NCBI RefSeq assembly: GCF_009834535.1
Contig: NC_045697.1
Span: forward strand, 39,992,001 to 40,056,000
DNA length: 64,000 nt
Direction of reading: 5' to 3'
From: Camelus ferus
Taxonomy: Eukaryota
Made by a program: the position numbers and the translations under genes. Within the stretch, counting starts at the first letter, position 1. Every line of letters begins with the position of its first letter. Under the pieces are notes generated by a model that saw only the letters and a program-made list of their open reading frames with translations, had not been told where the DNA came from and did no database searches. Positions 12,718 to 26,271 of the stretch are shown one piece after another.

Positions 12718-15095
12718 GTTAGCAATTACTACTTTTGTTTGCAGCACAAAGTGATACTCTATTCCAGTTCTTCTATAAGACCACAAGCAATCAATAATCA
12801 TGTGGCAAAGTTTCACTTAATCCTCGTGATTCTGAGGATTTAAGAAAACTGAGAGGAGAAAATTAAGGTTTGTCTTGAACAGAGCAAGGGGGCAAGGGGG
12901 CAAGAAGCCTGGCGACAGTCGTAGGAAATGATGAATTTGGGTGGAATGAATGTTTGTTTAGGGAAGCAGTGGGTCAGAAGGTCGGTGAAGGGCAGGAGAA
13001 ACCCGTGAAAAAATGTGAATACCAGCCTGAGAAGCTTAGGATTTTTTTTTTTTACCCTATTGGTAATGGGGAGCTACTGAAGCTTGTGAAACAGTGCTGT
13101 AAGATGAAAAACAGTGGGTGTAGGAGGAGTTAGGAGGAGGGAGAAACCAGAGGATGTAGCAGATATTACATAACCTTGCATTATGCAGTTACATACAGTT
13201 CAAAGAATACTAAGCACCTGTTTCCATACTGTTTTCATTGGGTCATATTTCAAGCCATCTGACGTCCCTTGTGTAGGCAGGCTGATGTCCCTCTCTTTAT
13301 CTCCTTCCTTTTTTTCCTTTGCTGTAACTCTTCCCTCTTCCCAGGTCTCAGCTTCCTGTTCCTTCCCTATGGTCTAGGTTAAGGTAGGGTTGGGGGAGGG
13401 AACACCATTTCTGTTGTCCTTTTGGCCTGGGGATATCTTTCCTGGTTTCAGTCTGGGAATATGAACATCGATTCTTATTTTCTTATATTCTTACATGAAA
13501 GTATTTTCAAGGAAACCAATCTCTCTCTTGCTAACGTCTCATAGCATAATCATTATGTGCTATTGGTTTCTTTGAATTTTCAAAACTTTTTCTGGAGTAT
13601 TTTTGTATATAAAATCTAGATCACCCAAAGCCAAACTAATTTATAAATGGTAAATGCTAAGGCTGGTTTCCAAGTCTATATTTAACACTGCCAGAGAAAG
13701 AAACATACTTGGGTACTTTCCCAGAGTGTGCTAATTAGCTAGGGAAAAATATACTTCCTCTTCTGCCATTGGAAGGGAAACTGACCAATAGAAAAGCAGT
13801 TCAGCACCTACGCCCACTCTTCGTACAAAATAAGGTGCCTTGTACCATGCCAATAACTGAGGCTTTGGGTTGCCTGACAAACATTGACAAATGTGCCTTT
13901 CATCATTGCTTACAATGTTACCTTGAGATTCTGAACTCTAATCTAAACAAGACTCAGAAAAGAGGAATGAGTTTAGAAAATTAGATATTTCCAAGAGGTT
14001 AGAAGTATAAACACTTAGGAAATTACAGATTTCAAAGACAATGGCAGTTTTCTTAATGCTGCATGAATTCTTCTGTTGTTTATTTACTTGTATAAAACTA
14101 GTTATGCGTACATTCATTTCATTTTACTGACCAAGAAAGTATTAAATATTTCTTATGAAGATTACAAGGCAATTTTTGGCCTGTTTCAGCTATATCCTAA
14201 TAGCAGTCCATCAGCAGATACTACTTGGCAATACACACTGAGTTTTAGATTCTTGAAGGTGTAATTTTGTCTGTATCATTCTGTATGGAAGGGTACAGCT
14301 GGAAAGGTACAATTTTAATTTTAATTTGTTTATATGTTGCTTTATAGGTGGACCAAACTTTTTTTTTTTTTTAAACTGGCTATTTATAGGCTCCTCCAAT
14401 GCACTTCAAGTAGAATCTTCAAAGAATAATGACACTGTTTATTTTTATGGGACATTTTATTCTCTGTTTAATTTAATTCTTGCAGCAATAATGAGAATCA
14501 GCCAGGGCAGGTTATATTTAGTGCTATTTTACATCTGATAAAACAAGGGCACAGCAAAGCTAGCTACTTGTACGAGGCTGCACATTGGTCAAAAGCAATG
14601 TTGAAATTCAGGCTCCAGACTCAAGCAAGCTAGGTTTTCTATGATTCCAAGAAACTTCTCAAGAGTTAGAAACTTGTTTTTTCTTTCTCACTCTTTCTAG
14701 GTAGCCTTGCATAATATTCAGCAACTGAACAATTCTTAACTTAAAAGAGAGACAGCCAGAAAGGGGAAGATGAGCCACAAGACTCCTAGGATAATATTAG
14801 AGAATGCCATACTTTTCCAATTATAGCGTTCATCATACTTAGATATATGCCTACTGTCTCCTTTACCCCCTCTCAATTTTCATGAGAACAGAGATGTTTA
14901 TATTGGAAGTTCATTGCTATAAACCCAGTAGGAATCTCATGAAAAGTTATTAAAAAATGAATGAAAATTTCTTTTTGACTAAAATTGCCCCAAGAAAATC
15001 TTAACCAAATGATCTTAAGTTTGAGCTACTACCTGTTTTGGTTGGAATAGGAAAGGTTAAGTTAGCTTAAGATGCAGTAACAAACAAACTCAGTG

Positions 15096-15126
<31 letters not shown>

Positions 15127-15921
15127 CCCTTATGCTATCTGGCCATGATGGGTTGGCAGTAGGATTCAGGAACTCAGACTGAAGGAGCAGCCATGATCTG
15201 GAACTTTGTTGGTTGCAATGGCAGAGGGAAATAAGCTTTGAAGGGTGTTGCAGAGGAACATTAAATGTTCCAACTTAGAAATGCTGTCACCTCCATTCAC
15301 AATTCATTGACCTAAATGAGTCACAGGCATTTGCCTTCCCACAGCATCATCCACAAGGAGGTCAGAAGCTGCCTTAGGAGTGGTGAGCAGGAAATATTTG
15401 GCAAAAGGTGCTAATGACTATCATATTTCATTTCCTTGATTTTGAGCTTCTGCAATTTAAGTAACAAGATACAGTTTTGTTGATAACCTTTCCTGCAATA
15501 TACACTTATAAAATACAGTTTTCCCTAGAACAGCCCAAATGAGAATGATGCATAATGAAATTAAATATATGAATAAAGTCAAATAGGAAAGTCAGAGGTG
15601 GAAAAGGAAAAATAATTTAAACCTCTAGAACAGTGGTACTGGATATTTGTGGGGGGAAAGTCATAATTATTTTATATATATATATAAAATTATATTCTAA
15701 AGTAAAATCATGCTACAAGATTTTATAGGGTCCAAAGACAAGATTTAAAAATTCTTTGTGTGAACGTTTTGGCAATTGTTCTGGTGACACAGAGAACGGA
15801 CATCTGGACTAGAAATTCTGGATAGAACAGCCTAAACTGGAAAAATACACCCTAATATCCCATGTTTTAGGCATAAGGTCAAAAGTAGCATACAGGTTCT
15901 GACCTGGAAAATTGCTGAATC

Positions 15922-16423
15922 TGATGCAGGAAAAGAAAAAATGTTGCCCTCTACCCTCCTAGGTCCTCTGGCTGGGGCCCTGGAAATTAAATTGACAAAA
16001 GACAAATTAAAGAGAGAAAAAAACAGTTTTAACTGTATAAGTACGCATGGAAATTTTACAAAGAAATGAGACTCTCAGAGACCAGATGATTGAGGTTTAT
16101 ATACTGTATTAGGCTAAACAAAGGGAAAGGGATTTGGGGCTTCTGAGTAGGGGAGGCAGGGATGTGAGGGAGGAAATGTATAGTAAATAAGGGTTTTCTC
16201 TCAGGTGATAAAAGTTGTCTCTGGGAGTAGTTCTCTTCCTGGAGCCGCTATTAGAGATGGAAATTTCCTTTGTGAATGTAAATTTCCTTTACTAAAGGGG
16301 AAATTTATACTCTATTTTTATGCAGGGGGAGTACCCTCCTGCACCTCCTGCTTCTCGGTTGCCTTTAGTTCAAAATACTCCAAAGAGGTGTATTTTGGGG
16401 GTCGCATATTGTGGTACACTTCA
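15922..16423 (-). mobile_element. ERV1-type solo LTR (MER34/MER39-like)
   Basis: TG...CA termini; recalled similarity (aaattgacaaaagacaaattaa...; gcctttagttcaaaata...tattttgggg). Confidence 0.55.
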
Positions 16424-16568
16424 CTGAGTATACAAAAATTTCCATCTCTAATGTTTTAACAAGAAAAAAATTGATTATTCATTAGCGAATGTTAATAAAA
16501 TCATCAGTTCATTATTACACAGTATTTGGCTCCCAGGAGCATTAGTAACTCGTTAGGAAAACACGTAG

Positions 16569-16903
16569 TGTTAAATCAGTTAAACAAGAAGGCCATTAGA
16601 CTTAGATGGTTTAATGCCTTAGAAGCTCTCTTAAGCAAACCTAAACTTGAGCCTGTAGTGCCCTACGTTAAGAAATGGAAACCTAAGGACAACCAACCAC
16701 AAAGCCAAATAAACTTTCCCAAACAAGGTAATTGTTTAAGCTGTAGCCAATCAAATAATTTTCTTGCTTGGTTTTCACATCTTCTGTGTAAAATCTTGCC
16801 TCCAGCTGCACTCCTAACCACTCTGGTTTGGTGCTGACCACTGTCAATCAATTTTTGCTCAAACTCTGAAAATATTTAATGTGCCTCAATTTATCTCGTA
16901 ACA
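16569..16903 (+). mobile_element. ERV1-type solo LTR fragment
   Basis: tgtta...taaca termini and a gctgtagccaatcaaataatttt CCAAT motif typical of MER4-group LTRs. Confidence 0.5.
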
Positions 16904-17679
16904 TTCCATTCTAGTGGCTCATTAGCCTAAATCTCAAATAGCTTATGTCCTCACTTTGTATTTTATAAGGCCCCCTGCCATCTACCCACCTACAGCCTTA
17001 TGACCTGTCTTAGGTATAATTTTTTGATAGTCACTATTATCAAATAGTTCAATTCTTTAAACTATAAAGTGTGGGGAAAAATGAGCTCAACTTAATGAAG
17101 GTATAGAGTGTTGCATTCACATGATTCTTTTGGGCATTATGCAGTGATCCCTTATGCTGAGTATGTGTACATTTGTACTACATTTAGCCATGCTTCAGAG
17201 ATTCAAAGAGCAGTATATAATTCAAAAGAAGTAAACTGCTGGTTTTATTCCTCATCAACGTGGTAGGATGTAGAACGGTATGGTTTTCAAATATATGTCC
17301 AAGGACTGTATTAGCACCAAACATATGCATATTCTTCAGGACAACCTATCTGACCTGGCTTTATCATATGACTGTGGACTACAGTCTTATTATAGTAAAA
17401 GGATGTAGCAAAGTCATAATGTTCTCAAATCCTGGACATGCACTTTTGCAACTGCTTAAAAAGAAGGTCAAAATGCCAAACATAATCAAAATGTTTCCAA
17501 ACTTAAAATTTCTCATGTCAACAGTTCCTTGTTGCCCAAAGTTTTCACATTTGTGAGCGCAAAACCCTTCATTATCTGGTCCAAATGTTTGAGATATCGC
17601 AATACATGGTACTACATTATTGAACAGATTAAAAATAACTTAATTGTATTTAAAACTCGGCCACCAAAATGTTCCACCA

Positions 17680-18118
17680 AAAGAAAAGGCCATTGTCAAA
17701 AGACATGTACTACAATGTTCATAGCAGCACTATCTGTAATGCACCAAACTGAAAACTACCCTAATGCCATCAGAAGGACGTCCAATTTAAAACTGTGGTA
17801 TATTCAAAGAATGAAATAAAATGAATAATCTACAACTATATGCAACAATATGGAAGGCTCTCACACATACAAGGTTGAATAAGGAAGCCAAACACAAAAG
17901 AATGCATACTTTATGATTCTATATATATCAAGTCTAAAGACAGGCCAAAGTAATCTCTGTTGTTGAAAGTCAGGATAGGCAATGACTGAACGGCAGTATA
18001 ATGGGATCCCTGGGTGTTAATATGTTTTGTTTCTTGATCTGGGTGGTGGATACACAGGCATGTTCAGATTGTGAAAATTCATTGAGATGTGTATACACTT
18101 GGGATATGTGCACTTTTC

Positions 18119-18122
<4 letters not shown>
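17680..18122 (+). mobile_element. Old L1 (L1ME-like) 3' end
   Basis: aaaagacatgtactacaatgttcatagcagcact...tcttgatctgggtggtgg...gaaaattcattgag. Confidence 0.75.

Positions 18123-18158
<36 letters not shown>
18123..18158. repeat. (TG)18 microsatellite just upstream of the PPM1K CpG island
   Basis: Direct read. Confidence 0.95.
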
Positions 18159-18161
<3 letters not shown>

Positions 18162-18369
18162 ATATTTATTTGCTTATTTACCTGTTTTCTTCCTCTTCCT
18201 CCTCATTAGACAGAAGCTTTATGAGGCAGCTATCAAGTCTGTTTATGTCAAGATTGTATCTCGAACGCCTAGCACAGTGCCTGGAATACAAAAGGTCCTC
18301 CGTAAGTACAGAAATACCTGTTGACTGAATGAATCAACATTCTCAAGGGATCACGAGATGCCTGTTCAG

Positions 18370-19900
18370 TCACGAAGAACGTCGCACTGCGAGTTTTTCA
18401 AAGAATAACAATGAAACCATATACCTTTCAATCCCTTTGCCCAGGCAAAGTGTTGGCATTCCGTTCTTGCTTTCCTAGTTGTCACAACTACCACCCAATT
18501 GCCCGAGCGACACACCCCCCGTCTCCTCGAGGGGCTGGCGAGGTACCAAATTTCCAGTCCTCGTCCACCGCCGAGGGGCTCTCTCATTGGCCAGCGCGCC
18601 AAGGCCTTCGGGAGGGCGGATATCTCCAGGAGCCGCTACTGGTGCAAGTCGACGTCGCTCTACGGTGCGCGGCTGAAAGTCAGCCAAGTCAAACAGCCCT
18701 CGCGGGGAGGCTCGGTCCTATCGGAACCTGTGATTGGCTGTGATCGAGGGTCCGGGCGGCGGGCCCGCCGCCTCCTCAGGCGCAGAATGGCCGGAGCTGC
18801 CGTCAGTCAGCGGGAACAGACTTCCCCTTTCTATCTGGAGACGAAAAATTCTCCAGAATTTCCGAGACGAGCCAGTGGCTGTTTTAACTGCTTGTTCCAG
18901 AGACTGGAAACATAGGAGAAGACAATCTTATTTACAGAAAGCCCCTTTCCCGCCCTCCGTTAGCTAATTAATTTTTTTTTCAGGGACATTACCATCACGA
19001 GGTAAGAACATGGAGAGTGCACTTCATTTATTTGGTGACCGTTTATAGTATTATTTACAGGAGCGGTCGCATCCCACCAGTCCTGGTCCGCGGGATGGAG
19101 AGTGAACGGAGGAGGCCTCCCCAGGGAGGGGAGGGGACATGTGGGTTTAATTTCCCCAGCCCCTCCAGTCTTAGCCCGGCGGTCCGTGTCTGAGTTCGCT
19201 GTGCGCCGCTTTCTTCCCTTTTGAGGTCTGGAGCAGCAGGGCGGGGCGGGGCCCACACTGCCTGAGCACGGGCTGCGAGCATTTCCAGCGGAGACTCCGC
19301 TCGGCCTGAATTTGACGGCAGGCTTGAGGCGAGTGCCGAGCAAGTGCTGTGGGCCTGGTTGGAAGGAGGGAAGGGAACATGGAAGGGACGGTGGACGGGA
19401 GGCAGGGGCTGCCCGCTCTCGTTTCCCGTTAGTGAAGCCCCAATCCCCGGACCCGAGGATGCTGCGGGTCAGCGGCTCGTGCCGCTGCAGCTGCACCCGG
19501 GCCGAGGGAGACGTGGCGACACCCGGAATCTACGAGGAGAGGGTGGTTGGGAGGCGGAGACCGCGCGGCGGAAGGTGCTGCGGAGAACCCAGCCATCTGC
19601 AGTGCCGCGCTCTGTGCGGACGGGAGGGTGTGCTTCCTGCCGAGGTCCACACTGGCCACTCATCTGTCACCTCTAGCGAACCCAGCCCAGGATCCCAAAC
19701 TGTCCAACGGTGAGCTTTTCAGGGGATCGGAATAGAGAAGGATGCAGAGACCTGGCTGGTGTCGATCTGAGGACGTGGGTTTTGCTTTGCCAGAACAATC
19801 GTAATCTCAAGGCCTCTGGCTGTTGTCTTTTTAGCAACCGCTTTCTGTAGATTAGCGATTTCATAGGAGGTGACAAAAACGAGACTCCGGGTAGAAATAG
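18370..19900. promoter_or_regulatory. PPM1K: CpG island / PPM1K promoter
   Basis: High GC and CpG density, GC boxes (gggcggggcgggg at ~19238), inverted CCAAT boxes at ~18586 and ~18733; lies 4.6 kb upstream of the first coding exon. Confidence 0.85.
19500..19709 (+). other. PPM1K: PPM1K non-coding exon 1 (start approximate)
   Basis: Donor ACG|GTGAGC at 19709/19710 at the 3' edge of the CpG island; TSS cannot be fixed from sequence. Confidence 0.6.
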
Positions 19901-22900
19901 CCCGGGAATTTGGAGTCTCTAAAGCTCCACTGGCCTTTCTGAACTTCAGACTGGAAATGTGCAGCAAGGCCTCTTCAGTCCCTTGCACCCTCCTCCAGGG
20001 CGGAGGAACGAACGAGGTTGTCGGCAGTTTCAGAAAGAGCAGCTAAAATGACAAATTATAATGGCCTTGAAAAACAGAAATGGTGTCATAGAATTCTAGG
20101 GGGAAAAAATGAGTGCACCACTGTGTCATAAAATATCTCAGTTGTAATTTTTCAGAAGTGAGTTCTCGCTGATGATTTTTTTCTTGCAACCTTAAGTCAC
20201 TTTCTATTGACCACCGACACAGGCACCTCCCTTGACAGGAATCTTAGAGAAGAGGAAAGAAGAGGGGAGAAGTGCGGGTGATGTAGTATAGACTGTAAGG
20301 GAAAATTCTTCTTAAATGAAGATTGGGAATATGGCCTGTGAGTTGTATCCACATTAACTGAAATGTTTTAAAAGATATTTATGGAATTAGAATAATGAAT
20401 ATTTTTTATTACTCCCATGTTTTCTCTATTCACACATTAAAACATATGTTCACATCAAATCTAAGGGAAGTCATTTGAGGTCTTTGTTGTTGTTTTTGTG
20501 TTTTCCCTCATGTAGACTAGTACATTTTCTTTCCCTTTCTCCTAGCAGGGTACGAATAAAGAGGATATTGGAGTCCAAATTTCCTGAAATACATCCTGGA
20601 GGTTCTGTCACGTTTGAATTTATTGGGATGCATTGGTTGTTTTTTGTAGAGTCATTAAAGAAATATTTTAAGAATATTAAAATTACCTGTGTTTCCATTG
20701 TGGGAGTTGCTGATGTAAAGATACCTGAATGCCAATTTATAAAGGACAGATACGGATAGTTATATGAAACTTAAATAGTTTTGCTGGAGGGATAAATCTA
20801 AACAGGTTTCAGTAGTACTGATCCTTAAAACTCCTGAATGATTTTGGCATGTGCTTAACATGACAGCAATAAACTGCTCTCCTGACCTGCTTTCAACAGT
20901 GAAGAGCAGTTTAACTCAAATCCCAAGTGCACCCTTCTGCCAGAGACCCATGAGTGCCTCCCTTTTCCAAAAATATATTTGGACAGCTCTGAGGTGTTTA
21001 AACCTTTGTAGGATTATAAAGTTGGAATAAGATGAAAATGTAAACTTGGCATAGCAGTCTTGTAGGTGTACCTGTGACTTTTCCTCACCATCCCCCTCCT
21101 TTTTTTTAAAATCATGTATATACTTCAAAAATTTACTACAAATCAAATGCATTTTTCCCCCTTCCTGTGATGCTTTTCACCTGAGATTTCCTACTCTCAG
21201 GATGTGGCTTCTCACTAGAGCTCCCATGTGGAATCTATGCCTACTTCTGTGGACTCAGCATTTAACCCTCTTGGAATCCTGCCCCACTTCCCTCTCTGCT
21301 AGTCAGTATTGAAATCAGGAGTCAACTTTGTTCAACAGTCAGAGTTCTGTGTCAGAACTTTATAAAGTATCAGATTAACCAAAGCACTGAGGAGGAGGAG
21401 GGAGGGGGGGGCCTGGTCACACAGATTAATGTTAAAATGTTACCCGCCCCCCCCAAAAAATAAGGAAAGTGTTTTCAGGGTTTATTTATTGACAGTGTGT
21501 GTAGAATATATACATGCTCGCACTCACACATTTTAAACTATTCATGGGATTAAAGTTAATTGTGATCCATGTATTTTGTTTTGATTGGGGAATAAAAAGG
21601 AATTTGGAAAACAGTTTGGCTGAGGTTGAAGATTATCCATTCTTTTCCTTAGTGGTATGTGATTATCAGTATAGTTAGGTTGCTTATATAAATAATCTGC
21701 TGTGTAGCTAAAATTCCAATCAAGTTGCTTATCTTTATTTTCTTGCTTAGCATAGTTTTTAAATTTTATTTTTGCTAAAAGAATATGATGTGAGGCATAA
21801 TGTGTTCCCACTCTTTTTTTATTTAACTTTTGCTCTGACATTTTTGTGTCCTCAAATAGCTTTCAAGCAGAATTCTGCCCTTGGACTCTTTTGGATTACT
21901 TTGACTTTCAAAGATTGAATACAAACGTTAAAACAAAAATAAGCTAGCCTTGATTTCCGATTGAGAGATTGACATAAAGAGTTCCTGAATAACCGTTTTT
22001 TTTGGTTTGCAGAATGATAAACGCATGCTAATTTTTAATTGCTGAACTGACACATGATAAAAATATTTCTTAGTTGTTTGTCAGTTTGTTCTCTATTCTT
22101 TGTTAGAAAGAACACTGATATTTTTGAAGGCTTTTTTTCCCCCCACATTATAAATTCTACCTGCTAACCAGTGCCTAGTCATTTCCATGGGCATCTGGAG
22201 AGTTGGCTGGATGGAACCACTTCTTTAGACACTCCCCTGCTTGCATAAGTGGTGCTGACCTGGTTTTGTAAACTAGCTGTATCTCTGGGTTAAATTTCAT
22301 CCATGTCAATGGTATGCCTTAAAGTAAATGTTTTCCTGTGACTATTCTGCTTACTTTCTGAGGTGATCATGCAGATAACAAGTGAGGAAGGAGGCCAGGT
22401 TGAAGACTGATTTTAGTTTATGCAGGCTTAGAGAAACTGCACAACTGCATTTTTTTAGCTCTTAAATAATATTTCCAGGGGCTGTATATTCCCTGATATG
22501 AATGCAGCTCTGTTTTGTTTTATTTATTTTACTTTTGGAAGCTAGGGAGAGAGAGAAAAAAGACAAGCGTATCCTAGAAGAGCTGCAGAAAAACTTTACT
22601 CAACATTTATTTGTTTGTAATTCTAGAACTCTTGTTTAAAGTAGGTGTGTGACGGCAAAAATGGCCCAAGGCTAGTTATGGTATACATGCTTTGAGATTG
22701 AAGCCGAAAGAATAGCACTTTGCTAATTTCTGGTGCACCCTTCAGATGTGAATGTTTTCTAATAAACATATTTAACTTTTTTCTTTTCAATATGGTATAA
22801 AGCTGCTTTGCGAATCAGTAATTAGCACTTAGCTCTCTTACTTGCTAGATTGTATTATAGTTTGAAAGTTCTCCACAAGTTCACTTCTACTTGACACAAT

Positions 22901-24059
22901 TTTTGTTGATGAACAAAATATAACTTTCAAACAGAAGCAGAGGAATAAACACTTCTTTTTTTGTACTGGAATGCGTTGCTTCCCTTTGATACTTGATAAC
23001 CAGAGTATGTCTCCCTGCCTCCAATATTGTCACAAAAGAAGTGAGTTTCAGTCTTTAATACATGATATTAGCTAAAAGGCCAAGAAGGGATGGCCTCCTA
23101 AGTCTTTCGTGATCCATTAATTGTTCCAGAAGTCATCTTCATTCTAAATGCTGTGAAGACAGGGCTCTGATGCCTTTTGCTGCTTAGATACCTAAGGGCC
23201 TCCTCTAGAACCTCATCCTTTCCTCCTGCTTTACTTACTGAAAGAATTGCCCTTTCTACACACAGCTGGACTGATTTGTGACAATTTGTTTGAAAATGAA
23301 TCTGAGGTGTATTTTCTTATAGATGCACTCAAGCTGGGCTTTGTGTGTGTGTGTATGCTTTTTGAGAGGATACATTTTTATCAAGTTCGTCTTTTGTTGA
23401 GATAAATAAAAATACGAAATAAAAAAAACACAGTGGAGAATAATGTAACATCTATATATCCTCCACCAGGATTATTAAATCTAACATTGTGCTGTCTTTT
23501 CAAGTTGGCTTTTAATTCATAACAGAACAAAGTATTATGCAAATGAATTTCTGCTTAGAACTTTATTTGTATGGCAAACTACCAGAAACACAGCCTGCCG
23601 GGGTGTAGGAATTTCCCCTGCTAACACCCAGGGGAGGCTTTCTGATGAATTACAGCTTTTAATGTAAATATATAGACCAGTTGCTCATAAATGAGTGCTG
23701 CTTGTCACAAATGCAGTTCCACCCAATCTCTGAGATCACACACATCAGAACTGGCTTATCCTTATGTCTCTGGGAGTGTTTGCGTGAACCAGTTTACATC
23801 AACATAGTAATAAAGTATGTAAAGTTAATAAGTGGGGAAATCTTAAGACAAACAGAACTTCAATCCTAGATTGTATCTTTGCTAAACTTGAGCACTGTTT
23901 GAGTACAGAACGATCATAAATATCTAACAACCAGTTATTTTTTCTTATTTCTAACTCTTGTAAGAAGTTTTGTTATTGTTAATATCTATCCCTACCTTTT
24001 CTTCAGAGCAATGGAGTTAATGAAGGGAAGAGTATTTATTTACATCTGTTTTCTAATTC

Positions 24060-24218
24060 TTGCTACTCAAAGTGTGGGCCTGCCAGACCAGCAGTTTGGC
24101 ATCACCAGGGAGCTGGTTTGAAATACAGCATCTCAGCCCTGACCCCAGACAGACTGAATCAGAGTCTACGTTTTAACAAAATCTTCAGGTGACTGTAGGT
24201 TAAAGTTGGAGAAGCACT
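24060..24218. mobile_element. MER5A-like DNA transposon
   Basis: ctactcaaagtgtgg...cagcag...catcaccagggagctg...actgaatcagag...aaagttggagaagcact. Confidence 0.75.
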
Positions 24219-24493
24219 TGTTCTATATGACATGTGCACATTGTCAATTTTTTTTTATAGAATTTAAACACTCGTGAATAGGGTAGGTGAATTTGATCTA
24301 CTATTCTTAGCAGTAGGCTGTTAGGTGCCACATTCTTTACAGCCTTCATTTTTGATAATAGCTAATGATATTTGAAATTACCGATGGAGTCTCTCTGTCT
24401 CTCTTTCTACTCAGTTGCATCATTTTTCTGGAAGACCGTCCATTATTGCGCTATTGACCTCTCCCTCATTACCGAGTCCCCTGGAGTTGAGTT

Positions 24494-24933
24494 ATGTCAA
24501 CAGCTACCTTAATCACTTTGGTTAGAAGCGGTGGGAACCAGGTGAGAAAGAGAGCACTGCTCTGCTCCCGCCTGCTGCAGGAGGGCAGGTGGTTGACGCC
24601 TACGTGCCACAGCTCCACTTCAGAGCCCAGGTGCTCTCGGTTTGATCCTGATGGTAGCGGGCGACCATCCACGTGGGATAATTTTGGCATCTGGGATAAC
24701 CGCATTGACGAACCAATTCTACTGCCACCCAGCATCAAGTATGGCAAGCCAATTCCCAAAATCAGCTTGGCAAACGTAGGCTGCGCCTCGCAGACTGGCA
24801 AACGAAAAGAGAATGAAGACCGGTTTGACTTTGCTCAGCTAACAGATGAGGTCCTGTACTTTGCGGTGTACGATGGCCACGGCGGACCTGCGGCTGCTGA
24901 TTTCTGTCACACCCATATGGAGAAGTGCATACT
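24494..24933 (+). CDS. PPM1K: PPM1K coding exon (exon 2): mitochondrial presequence and PP2C motifs
   Basis: [17 protein letters not shown]...RKENEDRF...VYDGHGG...; acceptor at 24414 (tcag) or 24434 (gaag); donor CT|GTACGT; 440 coding nt. Confidence 0.97.
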
Positions 24934-25470
24934 GTACGTACAATGGCTTTCACTCTATGCATCTTGCCTTGTGCTTTCTGTTTAAACTTTTCATGTTGGC
25001 TGAGATGTTCACTCTTAACGTACTTATTTAAGTGCTTTGATTCTGTTGTTTTAGTAGCTCAGGCCCGGGGTCTATTACTGATGATTATTACCATTTCAGA
25101 AATATGTATGTTTTAACAACTCCCTTGGTGAGAGCATTGACTAAAATCAACGGCACTTGACTCGTGATCATTTCAAGTGAATTAACGTAATAAAGTACCC
25201 GATCTCATATGCTGTGAAAATCTATGAGAAGTGTTTACTCCTATCAATGCATGGCATATAGTGCTTCAATAAATAGTAATTTCAGGTGGTATGAATATCT
25301 TTGAATACTTGTTGAAAATAGCTTTACATGATTCATTTTAGAATATGAAGAATGCATTTAATGAAGGGGTTTTGGCACTCTTTAAAAAGTTTGTTTACCG
25401 CAATTATTATTATTATTAATGTGTTATTGAGGATCACACTGCTAGAATTAAAAGATGGAGAGGACAAGGA

Positions 25471-25560
25471 GGGGAGGGTAAACAGCTCAGTGGTAGAGTG
25501 CATGCCTAGCATTTAATGCCTCCATTAAAAAATAATCCTGATTACCTCTAGCCCAAAAAT
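25471..25560 (+). mobile_element. Internally deleted vic-1-like SINE
   Basis: ggggagggta..cagctcagtggtagagtgcatgcctagcat...cctccattaaaaaataa. Confidence 0.7.
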
Positions 25561-25825
25561 TTGAAAAAAACTGGGAGAACATGTAAGTTATGACCATGTG
25601 ACTATTTCTTCTTCTCAAGCATAGTTATTCATATTGTTCATCAGTTGCTTTATGTATATTTTGCCTTATTCCACAAGGGAACTCAGTGGCTTAATTAATA
25701 TGAAGGAAGTCTTGACCTCTCAGGGTTGTGGTAGTGAGGATTAATTTTTTAAGGATGGAGGGACACTCAGACTTCTTCTTCTTTTTTTTTTTTTTTTAAT
25801 AAAGAACAAAGAATGTTCAAGGGCA

Positions 25826-25957
25826 ATTATTTATTTATTTATTTTTATTTTTAGGGGGGGAGGTAATTTATATTTATTTCATTGGAGGTACTGGGGATTG
25901 AACTCATGACCTTGTGCATGCTAAGCATGCATTCTACCACTGAGCTATACCCCCACC
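25826..25957 (-). mobile_element. vic-1-like SINE
   Basis: tggaggtactggggattgaactc...catgctaagcatgcattctaccactgagctatacccc. Confidence 0.85.
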
Positions 25958-26170
25958 TCCCTTCAGACTTCTTTTTATTGTTTTTAAAGACATATTTGTG
26001 CCTGATTCTTTCTCAGTTTGGTTCATTAATATGTGGATTTTAAGCATCTGAAAGGCAGGCCACCTATGTCCATTGTATGGAATGACTTTGCTAGCTGGAG
26101 GGACCAAGAGGAAGGGGAGAAATCTATTGTAAAAATAATTGTTTGGGGCTCTTTTTTCCTCTCCACAAAG

Positions 26171-26271
26171 GGATTTGCTTCCTAAGGAGGAGAATTTGGA
26201 AACTGTGTTGACCTTGGCTTTTCTAGAAATAGATAAAGCCTTTGCAAGGCACGCCCACCTGTCTGCTGATG
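26171..26271 (+). CDS. PPM1K: PPM1K exon 3
   Basis: aag|G GAT TTG CTT CCT...GCT GAT G|gtaagt; [33 protein letters not shown]; 101 nt. Confidence 0.97.

Noticed and set aside
18366..19735. Cluster of 60-180 aa ORFs, including a possible uORF from ATG 19459
   Set aside because: CpG-island artefacts; ATG 19459 may lie upstream of the TSS and hits a stop or is out of frame after splicing to either exon 2 acceptor
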